Below are positions 17,300 to 25,953 of a stretch of DNA of 64,000 nt, one piece after another. The stretch covers positions 168,711 to 232,710 of the forward strand of contig JAGTQZ010000003.1 of assembly GCA_018396705.1 (NCBI GenBank), in the 5' to 3' direction. The DNA comes from Candidatus Bathyarchaeota archaeon (GTDB taxonomy: Archaea; Thermoproteota; Bathyarchaeia; Bathyarchaeales; Bathycorpusculaceae). The position numbers and the translations under genes are program-made. The notes beneath the pieces are model-generated. The model was not told where the DNA came from. It worked only from the letters and a program-made list of their open reading frames with translations, and did no database searches. How positions within the stretch are numbered: the first letter of the stretch is position 1; every line of letters starts with the position of its first letter.

Positions 17300-17830
17300 A
17301 TGCCCAGAAGAGGGGAAAGGAGGTTGCGTATCAAGAGTTTGGGTTTATCTTTGAGGCTGAGAACTTTTCTTATTCCTGAGAAAAATCACTGGCTGAGGCG
17401 AATCATTCTGATTTTTTCCTTTATCTTATTCGACTACTTTTCAACGCTGGTTTTTTGTCACACGCCTTGGGAGGAAGCTAACATTTATGCTAGGTTCTTC
17501 ATGGAGAACCTCGGCATTCATGCAGGTTTGACGCTTTTCGTTCTGTCAGCCAATTTTTCCGTCTACATACTGTTGACGCTTGATTCTAACGTTGTTCGAC
17601 TTCCTTCTCGGATAGCTGTTGTTGCAGAATCTTTTGTGGATTTTGTTTTCGCATGGTTTATCGCAGGACTACATTTTGACGGAGGGGCAAGCTGGTTTTG
17701 GACTGCCCCTAGCCTTTTAAGGCAAGGTCCAGGCGCAGCGTTATATCTCTTTGGTGTATTTGTTTTTATAAGGCCCCCACGCCTTTTTTGTGGCAGGCGT
17801 TTCAGTGCGTATCAATGTGCCACATACTAA
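17300..17830 (+). CDS. Hypothetical integral membrane protein (possibly DUF5658-like)
   Basis: About four hydrophobic segments. FDYFSTLVF...WEEANIY resembles the D-x(2)-T...E-x-N motif I recall for DUF5658. Confidence 0.5.
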   Translation: MPRRGERRLRIKSLGLSLRLRTFLIPEKNHWLRRIILIFSFILFDYFSTLVFCHTPWEEANIYARFFMENLGIHAGLTLFVLSANFSVYILLTLDSNVVRLPSRIAVVAESFVDFVFAWFIAGLHFDGGASWFWTAPSLLRQGPGAALYLFGVFVFIRPPRLFCGRRFSAYQCATY

Positions 17831-17884
17831 CTCTATTATCTCATTAAGATGCTTTTCAATATGTGACTAGGCTAGCTTTGTAAG

Positions 17885-18550
17885 TTGGTGTCTGATGTGG
17901 AAAATAAAGATATAAAGAGAGATGAAAATGCTGAATTTTGGGCGAGTGGAAAAAATGTTCAGGAAGAGACTGCAGAGACTGTTTACTTTCTCCATTCATC
18001 GGGAGTTTCTGGCGGAGATGAAACTTCAAGTCCCGAGGAGTTTGAAAATAATAGAGCGGGGTTTGAACAAAAACTTCAGGAGCTTTTAAAGAATATAAAT
18101 GAGGAAACATTACAACTCAGCGAGTTTTTAACGGAGGAAAACAAGTTAATAAAAGAGTTATGCGACTCTCTCAAGCAAGTTTTGAAGAAATTGAGAGTTT
18201 CGTTTTATATTCCACCGCGGGAAATTCCGGTAAAGGGTAAGGTAAAGAAGGTGATTTTAAATGAAGAATGCTGTCTAATACTAGTTTACGATAAGGGTGA
18301 GACGCGTTCTGCTTTTTTGGCGGAATACCCTCCGGAGATAGTTTTAGCAATTTTATTGGTGATAATGCCTGAGCTAGCTGAGGTTTTAATGTTACACAGG
18401 AAAAGGATAAGCGCTCGCATCAACTTTTTTGTAAAGATAAAGAAGGAATTAAAGAACGTTGTAAAAGCGATAGTTGGAAACCAAGTTACTGAGGAAGCTG
18501 ATAGGGAGTCTGTGGACGTTGTTAAGAGCACATTAAATGCCGAAAACTAG
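17885..18550 (+). CDS. Hypothetical acidic coiled-coil protein
   Basis: 221-aa ORF with a TTG/GTG start only. No motif recognised. Confidence 0.5.
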   Translation: MVSDVENKDIKRDENAEFWASGKNVQEETAETVYFLHSSGVSGGDETSSPEEFENNRAGFEQKLQELLKNINEETLQLSEFLTEENKLIKELCDSLKQVLKKLRVSFYIPPREIPVKGKVKKVILNEECCLILVYDKGETRSAFLAEYPPEIVLAILLVIMPELAEVLMLHRKRISARINFFVKIKKELKNVVKAIVGNQVTEEADRESVDVVKSTLNAEN

Positions 18551-18584
18551 TTCTGGTTAATTTACAAAGGGGGTACCGCTAAGA

Positions 18585-19118
18585 TTGAACAGCCTTGCTA
18601 CAGAGATTCGAACGTTCTCTTCGATCAGAGAAATCAGGGAAACTGTTGAAGCTGAAATAAGCCAGTATAAAGCGTTGTTGGAGGACTACAGCCAATGGCT
18701 AGGCACATTGTTAAGAAATCCAGAATCATCAAAGAATCCTGAATGGGCTAAAAAAGTCTCAGAGCTGCAGAAAATTTTGAAATCCGGAAGTAGCAGAAGT
18801 GGGAAAAAAGAGGAAAAACCTTCATACTCATCGGAATGGGTTGAATTCAAGGATTTAATGCTCTGCGCAGATGAGTTTGGCGAAATAGAAATAATCTTTG
18901 AGGCTGTTGAAGAGTTAAAAAACAAAATTAACAAGTTGGAGAAGGCTAAAAACTCTTTAACAGAGCTGGAACGTTACGGATTTGGCAAAAACGTTGTTTA
19001 CGTAACCTACATTCAAAACGGCGTCCCGGAGAAAATAGCCATCAAACCAAAGAAAACTTTAGAGAACGAGGAAAAGTTCAAGTTTGTAGCTGACTTCTCC
19101 GTCGTGAAGCAAATATAA
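18585..19118 (+). CDS. Hypothetical coiled-coil protein
   Basis: 177-aa ORF with a TTG start, 34 nt downstream of the previous ORF. No motif recognised. Confidence 0.5.
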   Translation: MNSLATEIRTFSSIREIRETVEAEISQYKALLEDYSQWLGTLLRNPESSKNPEWAKKVSELQKILKSGSSRSGKKEEKPSYSSEWVEFKDLMLCADEFGEIEIIFEAVEELKNKINKLEKAKNSLTELERYGFGKNVVYVTYIQNGVPEKIAIKPKKTLENEEKFKFVADFSVVKQI

Positions 19119-19192
19119 GGTAACTTGGCGGCATTGAGTTCTGAGCCCTTTCTTGAAAGCTTTTCTTTATGGTTGTTTTGTTGTCTACAAAC

Positions 19193-19471
19193 CTACAACA
19201 AAAGCTCAACTAGAGCTTCTTGTACTTGGCTTTTTTCTCTCACTTTTCTGAAGATCGCTTTTCCAGTGTTGTAGAGGCGTATGGAAAAGTCCTTATATGT
19301 TAGGTCGAAGATTATTCCAGCAGCGGTCCTCTCTACTTTTGCTTTTTTAAGCATTTTTGCTATTGCCTCGTTTTTTTTCTCATATTTGAAGTGAACTATA
19401 ACGTCTTTTTCCTCGCCACAAGCCTCCTCAATCCTAGCTATGTATTCTCCCAGACCTGTGCTTGTAGTCAT
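19193..19471 (-). CDS. Small conserved-looking protein translationally coupled to sufS (function unknown)
   Basis: 92 aa. Its start overlaps the sufS stop by 4 nt. Single Cys (EEACGEE). Confidence 0.55.
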   Translation of the reverse strand: MTTSTGLGEYIARIEEACGEEKDVIVHFKYEKKNEAIAKMLKKAKVERTAAGIIFDLTYKDFSIRLYNTGKAIFRKVREKSQVQEALVELLL

Positions 19472-20706
19472 AGAGCTTTTTCAATCTCCTTTAGAGCTTC
19501 AATGAATCGATCTATTTCTTCCAGCGTGTTGTAAATATAGAAACTGGCTCTTGTAGATGATGAAATGTTAAGTCTTTGGTGAAGCGGTTGAGCACAGTGG
19601 AAACCGCTCCTCACCATTATGCCATAGCTGTCAAGGAGTAGAGCCACGTCGTGGGAGTTGAATCCCTCAACGTTGAATGGTATTATTCCACATTTCAGCG
19701 CCCTATCCTTTGGGCCGTAAACCATGACTTTTGAGCATTCTCCTAAGCGTTTCATGGCGTATTCGGTTAAGTCGCACTCGTAGGCTTTTACATTTTCCAT
19801 TCCAAGAGTCCTCAAATATTTTATTGCAGCCGTTAAACCAACAGCCCCGCAGACATCTGGGGTTCCAGCTTCAAACTTCCACGGTAGTTCGTTCCATGAA
19901 ATTTTGCATCGCTGAGTTTCGGGATTGAAGGAAACTTCCCTAATCATTTCGCCGCCGCCGTGAAAAGGCTCCATTTTTTCAAGAATTTCCCGTTTGCCGT
20001 ACAATACGCCTATTCCTGTCGGCCCAAGCATCTTATGCCCAGAAAAAGCTAAGAAGTCGCAGTCTAACTCCCGAACGTTTACGGGTATATGAGGCACTGA
20101 TTGAGCACCATCCACAAGCACTAGAGCACCATTTTCGTGGGCTAGTTTTGCTATAGTTTGCACGTCGTTTATGACGCCCGTCACGTTTGAAACATGGGTT
20201 ATGCAGACAAGCTTTACCTTAGGCGTTAACATTTCCTTTAGGGATTCATACTTTAGTGTGCCGTCTGGGTTGACGTCTGCATACTTGAGCTTGAAGCCTC
20301 TTATTTTTGAAAGGATCTCCCATGGAACCATGTTGCTGTGGTGTTCCATGAGGGTTACAAGGACTTCATCTTCCCGTTTGAGGTTGCGAAGCCCCCACGA
20401 ATAGGCGACAAGGTTTATAGCCTCCGTTGTGCCTCTGACAAAGATTATTTCTTCCATGTCTTTGGCGCCTATGAATTCGGCAACTTCTTCGTGGGCTTCC
20501 TCATAGAGTTCTGTGGCTTCCAGCGATAATGTGTGCACAGCACGGTGGACGTTGGCGTTTTGTTTTTCGTAAAACTCTTTCATGGCTTCGATAACTTGCT
20601 TTGGCTTTTGAGATGTCGCCGCGTTGTCAAAGTATATGAGTGGATAATTGTTTATTTTTCGTTTCAATATGGGAAAGTCTTCCCTAACCTTGTAGGGGTC
20701 AAACAT
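19468..20706 (-). CDS. sufS: Cysteine desulfurase, SufS/CsdA type (group II)
   Basis: PLP-Lys motif FSGHKMLGPTGIGVLYG, active-site Cys RSGFHCAQP, N-terminus YFDNAATSQKP. Confidence 0.9.
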   Translation of the reverse strand: MFDPYKVREDFPILKRKINNYPLIYFDNAATSQKPKQVIEAMKEFYEKQNANVHRAVHTLSLEATELYEEAHEEVAEFIGAKDMEEIIFVRGTTEAINLVAYSWGLRNLKREDEVLVTLMEHHSNMVPWEILSKIRGFKLKYADVNPDGTLKYESLKEMLTPKVKLVCITHVSNVTGVINDVQTIAKLAHENGALVLVDGAQSVPHIPVNVRELDCDFLAFSGHKMLGPTGIGVLYGKREILEKMEPFHGGGEMIREVSFNPETQRCKISWNELPWKFEAGTPDVCGAVGLTAAIKYLRTLGMENVKAYECDLTEYAMKRLGECSKVMVYGPKDRALKCGIIPFNVEGFNSHDVALLLDSYGIMVRSGFHCAQPLHQRLNISSSTRASFYIYNTLEEIDRFIEALKEIEKAL

Positions 20707-20707
20707 T

Positions 20708-21211
20708 TTAAGCGCCTTCTTCAGCCATCTTCATTTTTTTCGAGAGGATTTTTGCCAGCTCCTCCTCCTCTAATGCCTGTTTTTCTTCGAAAGTTAACTC
20801 TCCCGGCAACCATTCTGGAGTTTGCTGTCTCATTTTGTAATAGGCGCGGATGGCGCGTCTCAAAGCTCCGACAGCCAATATCCCGCAGTGAAATTTAACA
20901 GCTGGCAGCCCACCCACCTCTTCAGCTATACTTTTCCACGAGATTTTCCAGGCGTCTTCAAGTTTCATTCCCTTAATTTTCTCAGTTACAATGCTTGATG
21001 TGGCAATGTTGGCGGCGCATCCGTAACTTTCAAAGGTTGCCTTTTCAATGGTATCTTGCTCGTTAATCTTCAAATAGAAGGTTATCATGTCTCCACATTG
21101 TGGGTTTCCAGCCACCGCTGAAACCGTAGCGTCCTCCATTTTCCCTAAATTCTTTGGGTTCCTGAAGAGTTCCAAGATTTTTTGGCTGTAGGGTAAAGGT
21201 ACACGTGACAA
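20708..21211 (-). CDS. iscU: Fe-S cluster scaffold, IscU/NifU N-terminal-domain type
   Basis: Three cluster-ligand cysteines in NPQCGDMI, ESYGCAANIATSS and KFHCGILAV. Charged C-terminal extension. Confidence 0.9.
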   Translation of the reverse strand: MSRVPLPYSQKILELFRNPKNLGKMEDATVSAVAGNPQCGDMITFYLKINEQDTIEKATFESYGCAANIATSSIVTEKIKGMKLEDAWKISWKSIAEEVGGLPAVKFHCGILAVGALRRAIRAYYKMRQQTPEWLPGELTFEEKQALEEEELAKILSKKMKMAEEGA

Positions 21212-21213
21212 GG

Positions 21214-22437
21214 CTACTCCACCACCGTTGAACCTGTTATTCCCCTAAGCCTTTCAACGGCTCTGGGCAAAACCTTCAACACGTAATCTATATCCGCCTC
21301 TGTATGGACTCGTGTAACTTTCATGAGGATGCTCCCGTGGGCCTCTTCGAATTTTCTGCCTATGGCAACCAGCACGTGACTCGGCTGGAGCAAACGTCTT
21401 GTGCAGGCGCTTCCACTTGAAACATATACACCGTTTAGGCTTAACTCAATGGTTAGAGCTTCGCCTTCACAGCGTAGAAAACTTATGTTAACGTTGTCAG
21501 GTGCCCTTTTCTCACCTCTTGGACCGTTAAGTCGCACGTCCGGTATTTTACCCATTACGCCTTCAATGAGTTTGTCGCGGAGTTTCCGCATGTAGCTAAC
21601 ATTATCCTCAAAGTTCTTGAAGGCTAACTCAGACGCCTTTGCAAAACCAACAATCAGCGGCGTGTTTTCAACGCCGGGCCAAAGTTTCTGAGTGCCTATT
21701 TGCCCCTCCAATATTCTTTGGATATTTACGCCTTCCTTTACGTATAGAGCGCCAATCCCGCGTGGCCCCAGTATCTTGTAGCTGCTTATTGTTGCCATGT
21801 CCACATTCAGCTTTTGCACGTTAAAAGGAATTTTGCCATAAGCATCTGATGCATCTACGTGGACAAGAGCGTTTGGGTTTTTGTCCTTTATGATTTCAAC
21901 TATCTCTTTTATGGGCTGTATTGTTCCAATTTCATGGTTTACTGCCGAGAAGCTTGCGAGAACTGTTTCGCCGTTAACCGCCTCCTTAAGTTTTTCAAGG
22001 TTTACGAAGCCTTCGCTGTTTACTGGAATTTTTACTACTAAGAATCCTTGTTGGGCCATCATTTCGGCCACGTGTATCACACTTAATGGCTCAATCTCGG
22101 AGATCACGATTTTCGCACCCTTCATCCGCATCTGAGAAGCTGCGCCAAGCAAAGCGAGGTTGTTAGCTTCAGTTTCACCTGGTGTGAAATTGACTTCTTC
22201 AATGCTTCTACATCCTAAATAGCTAGCAATTTTTTGGGCAGATTCCATTATTGCCTCGTAGGCTTCCCATCCCGGCTTGTGGGTAAGCGTTGGGTTGCCA
22301 ATAGCACGTTTATTAAAATATGGAAGCATAACCTCAACGACTTCTGGATGAACAAAGCTTGAGTTCTCAATGTCTAAGTAAACTTCATGTTTTAGCCCTT
22401 CATGGGCTTTAAGAAGTTCACGAACGTTTTCCATCAT
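21214..22437 (-). CDS. iscS: Cysteine desulfurase, IscS/NifS type (group I)
   Basis: PLP-Lys motif SSYKILGPRGIGALYV and catalytic loop SSGSACTRR. Confidence 0.9.
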   Translation of the reverse strand: MMENVRELLKAHEGLKHEVYLDIENSSFVHPEVVEVMLPYFNKRAIGNPTLTHKPGWEAYEAIMESAQKIASYLGCRSIEEVNFTPGETEANNLALLGAASQMRMKGAKIVISEIEPLSVIHVAEMMAQQGFLVVKIPVNSEGFVNLEKLKEAVNGETVLASFSAVNHEIGTIQPIKEIVEIIKDKNPNALVHVDASDAYGKIPFNVQKLNVDMATISSYKILGPRGIGALYVKEGVNIQRILEGQIGTQKLWPGVENTPLIVGFAKASELAFKNFEDNVSYMRKLRDKLIEGVMGKIPDVRLNGPRGEKRAPDNVNISFLRCEGEALTIELSLNGVYVSSGSACTRRLLQPSHVLVAIGRKFEEAHGSILMKVTRVHTEADIDYVLKVLPRAVERLRGITGSTVVE

Positions 22438-22658
22438 AACCTTCAGATCCGCTTATACTTGTCACTTCATAATAGGTTTAAGCTTATAGAAAAAGCTATT
22501 TGAAAATGTGAAACTGCATCCAAAAGGTCAATAATTTGCAGTTGCTATAAAACAATACCTAGCTTCCCTCCTCTCCATATATTTTTGGCGTTTACGAAGC
22601 AAAATAGCGACTCTTCCCTTAGTTTTTCACAGTCTACAAGATAGCCCATCAATCAAGT

Positions 22659-23428
22659 TTAAACTCCAATATACAATGTTGCCAGCATTCTTATCCCAAC
22701 GACAAAAAGGACTAAGCCAAGGATCCTCCTTAAAGTTGTAACTTTTATCCGCCTTGAAATGGCTGGTCCAAGCTGAGCGCCTATGACGGCCCCAATAGTT
22801 ACTGGTGCAGCCCACTGTAGGGCAACGTTTCCAAGAAAAATGTGAGGTATAAGAGCAGCCGTGTTCGTGAGGGCCATCCCAAACTCGCTTGTACCCGCAG
22901 CTATGTATGGCGACATGCCCAGAACTAAAACCATTACTATCATATCCACTGTGCCGCCGCCAGCGCCGAACAGCCCAGCAACGAAGCCGCTGACGAAGCT
23001 TGCTAAAAGACAGAGACAAATTGTCCGCCTAGATAAAATAAAGTCTCCACATTCGATTTCGCCACCTTTCTCATTCTTCGTTTTGAGAATGCGAATTGAA
23101 ATTATCATAAGCAAACAGCCAAATAAGCTTGCAAGGATGTTGGAAGATAAGAGCGTTGTGATGAAAGCTCCTAGAACAGCGCCAGGGACGTCAAATACGT
23201 CAAGCAAAACTCCCACTTTATAATTAATTTTCCTTTGCCTAGCATATGCTATTGCTGCAGAAATTGTTGTAAACGTCATCATTAATAAACTGACTCCGAT
23301 AGCGTGCTGTGTTTTGAGGCCGAAACCCAAAACAAGTATGGGGACTATGAGAATCCCCCACCGAGACCAACTAAACTGCAAATGGTGGCCACCAGCAACC
23401 CAGCTAAGAATAGGAGCAGGTTGATCAT
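22659..23428 (-). pseudogene. TauE/SafE-family anion exporter, reading frame broken once in a homopolymer run (real frameshift or sequencing error)
   Basis: Upstream frame from the ATG at complement(23426..23428): MINLLLFLAGLLVATICSLVGLGGGFS*. Downstream ORF 22659..23381 continues ...ILIVPILVLGFGLKTQHAIGVSLLMM. The junction lies in the C5 run at 23355..23359. Length is 770 nt (3n+2), so one missing base would restore GLGGG-x-ILIVP, the typical TauE N-terminus. Confidence 0.75.
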
Positions 23429-23570
23429 TAGCATTCCAACCGTTTACATCCCAACATTTGGTTTGGCTTCTCCTTAATAATCGCTTCGCACTTCATGATT
23501 TTAAACCTACGTAATGTTTTAAATTGATGGCACTCTTTATTATGCAGTAGGAACATAAAAGGGCGTCCAA

Positions 23571-25799
23571 GTGAAAATTGTTGATCTACCGATTCCCGAG
23601 TCTGTCAAGGAGATTCTTATTAAAGGCGGGATTGTCGAGCTATATCCGCCCCAAGAAGAAGCTATTAAGGCTGGGGCTTTGGATGGGCATAACCTTGTCT
23701 TGGCTAGTCCAACAGCTTCTGGCAAGACTTTGGTTGCGGAACTTTGCGCGCTTAAACATGTCTTGGAAAAGAATGGTAAAGTCCTCTACCTGTCGCCTTT
23801 AAGGGCTTTAGCCAGCGAGAAGTATGAGGAATTTAGGAAATATTCAGTCATAATTAAGCCAGATGGTAAACGGGTAAGCGTGGGAATTTCTACGGGTGAT
23901 TATGATGGTTCTGACCCGTGGCTTGAGCATTACGATATTATTGTCGCCACCAATGAGAAAGTGGACTCGCTTTTGAGGCATAAAGCCAAATGGCTTGACG
24001 ACGTCAGCCTCGTAGTAGCGGATGAAGTGCACCTGCTCAACGAGGTGGACCGCGGTCCAACCTTGGAGGTGGTTTTGGCGAGGCTTATGCAGACAAATCC
24101 AGACATCCAGATATTGGCTCTGAGCGCCACCATAAACAACGTGGAGGAGGTTGCAGGCTGGATTAGGGCTGGCTGCATAACCACTGAATGGCGTCCCATA
24201 ACGCTAAAGGAGGGCGTCCTGCTTCACAATGAAATTCAGTTCAAAGAAGGCGACGCCAGAAAAATAGAGAAGGAGGTCAAAAATCCAGCCATCAACTTGG
24301 CTCTGCACACGGTGAAAACTGGCGGACAAGCCTTAATTTTTGCGGCTACTCGGAAAAGCGCCGTGGCTTTGGCGAAGAAGACAGCCAAAAAGATAGAAGA
24401 GGTGCTTTCGAAGCCGGCTAAAAGGGCTTTAGAACGCGAAGCTGAGCGAATTTTGGGCGCCGGCGAAAAAACAAGGATAAGCGAGCTATTGGCTGAGCTG
24501 GTTAAGCGAGGCGTCGCCTTTCACCATGCTGGTTTAGGGGGTGAGCACAGAAAAATCATTGAAGACGCGTTTCGTGAGGGCAAGATTAAGGTTTTAACCG
24601 CCACACCCACCCTAGCTTTCGGCGTGAACCTTCCAGCCAGAACAGTCATCATCTACGATTATAGGCGTTATGAGCCGGGGTACGGCTACTATCCCATTAG
24701 CGTTTTAGAGTATAAGCAGATGTGCGGGCGGGCTGGCAGACCAAAATATGACAAGATAGGCGAAGCCGTTATAGTGGCTAGAACAGCCGACGAAGCCGAC
24801 TACTTAATGGAAAGCTACGTGCTTGCCAAGCCCGAACGCATATGGTCTAAGCTTGCTGTGGAGCGTGTTCTGCGCAGCCACGTGCTGGCTACCATCGCTG
24901 CTGATTACGCTCACACAGAGGCTGGCATTTACGAGTTTTTCGGCAAAACCTTCTACGCCTACCAGTATGATGTGGCAGCCATTAAAGGAATGATTGCAAA
25001 AATCCTCAAGTTCCTCTATGATGAGGAAATGATAGATGTGAGCGGCGCCAACATTTACGCTACAAGATTCGGCAAACGCGTAAGTGAACTCTACATAGAC
25101 CCCATTTCGGCAGTTATAATCCGCGACGCCCTGCGGCAGAAACCCCCACTTCTGACGGAATTAAGCCTCCTCCACATGATCTGCCACACTCCCGACATGG
25201 GGCCGATTCTCAGACCATTCACAAGCGAACTTGACACTGTTGCGGTTTTCCTAGAAGAGCATTGGGACGAGTTTATGGTGCCCGTTCCAGACGAATGGGA
25301 GGATCGCATAGCCTACGAGCAGTTCTTGGGCGAAGTGAAAACAGCCATGGTTTTGAAGGCCTGGATTGAGGAAGTCAGCGAAGACGAAATAATTGAAAAG
25401 TACCGCGTGCAGCCCGGCGATCTATACCGAACCATCGAAAGCGCCAAGTGGCTGCTTTACGCAACCCACGAGCTGGCAGTTCTATTCAACAACAAGGAAA
25501 TACCGCCCCTAGCCAGTGAACTCATGGAAAGAGTGGAAAAAGGCGTGAAAAAGGAGCTTCTTCCAATAGTCCGCCTAGGAGGCGTGGGCAGAGTGCGTGG
25601 ACGCATAATATACAACGCTGGATACAAAACAATAGAGGACTTGAAACATGCTCAAATTGAAGACTTGATGAATCTACCGCTAATCGGGCCGAAGTTGGCA
25701 AAGAAAATTAAGGAGCAGGTGGGCGGCTTCATCAAAAAAGAAGCTTTGGAGAAGCTTGAAAAAGAAGAGTGGAAGCAGAAAGCCCTAACCGAGTACTAA
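23571..25799 (+). CDS. hel308: Ski2-like DNA helicase Hel308/Hjm
   Basis: LYPPQEEAI, ASPTASGKT (Walker A), DEVH, SATINN, HHAGL and QMCGRAGRP, plus a C-terminal HhH-like domain. 742 aa, GTG start. Confidence 0.9.
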   Translation: MKIVDLPIPESVKEILIKGGIVELYPPQEEAIKAGALDGHNLVLASPTASGKTLVAELCALKHVLEKNGKVLYLSPLRALASEKYEEFRKYSVIIKPDGKRVSVGISTGDYDGSDPWLEHYDIIVATNEKVDSLLRHKAKWLDDVSLVVADEVHLLNEVDRGPTLEVVLARLMQTNPDIQILALSATINNVEEVAGWIRAGCITTEWRPITLKEGVLLHNEIQFKEGDARKIEKEVKNPAINLALHTVKTGGQALIFAATRKSAVALAKKTAKKIEEVLSKPAKRALEREAERILGAGEKTRISELLAELVKRGVAFHHAGLGGEHRKIIEDAFREGKIKVLTATPTLAFGVNLPARTVIIYDYRRYEPGYGYYPISVLEYKQMCGRAGRPKYDKIGEAVIVARTADEADYLMESYVLAKPERIWSKLAVERVLRSHVLATIAADYAHTEAGIYEFFGKTFYAYQYDVAAIKGMIAKILKFLYDEEMIDVSGANIYATRFGKRVSELYIDPISAVIIRDALRQKPPLLTELSLLHMICHTPDMGPILRPFTSELDTVAVFLEEHWDEFMVPVPDEWEDRIAYEQFLGEVKTAMVLKAWIEEVSEDEIIEKYRVQPGDLYRTIESAKWLLYATHELAVLFNNKEIPPLASELMERVEKGVKKELLPIVRLGGVGRVRGRIIYNAGYKTIEDLKHAQIEDLMNLPLIGPKLAKKIKEQVGGFIKKEALEKLEKEEWKQKALTEY

Positions 25800-25953
25800 C
25801 CTAGATCAAGTATCCGAAAAACATAAAAGTTTTGTAGAAACTTTGTATGCTGGGAAAGACGCTTCGCTGGGGTTTGCCTAACTCTTCTTTTGAAGGGTTC
25901 GGGCGAATTCGGAAGTTGCGTTTTTCTCAACAAAATTGAAGGAGAAATTAAGA

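Noticed and set aside
22627-23019. 130-aa minus-strand ORF overlapping the TauE gene in another frame
   Set aside because: The Arg/Trp/Ser-rich peptide lies entirely within the TauE coding region, which has clear TM-helix periodicity.
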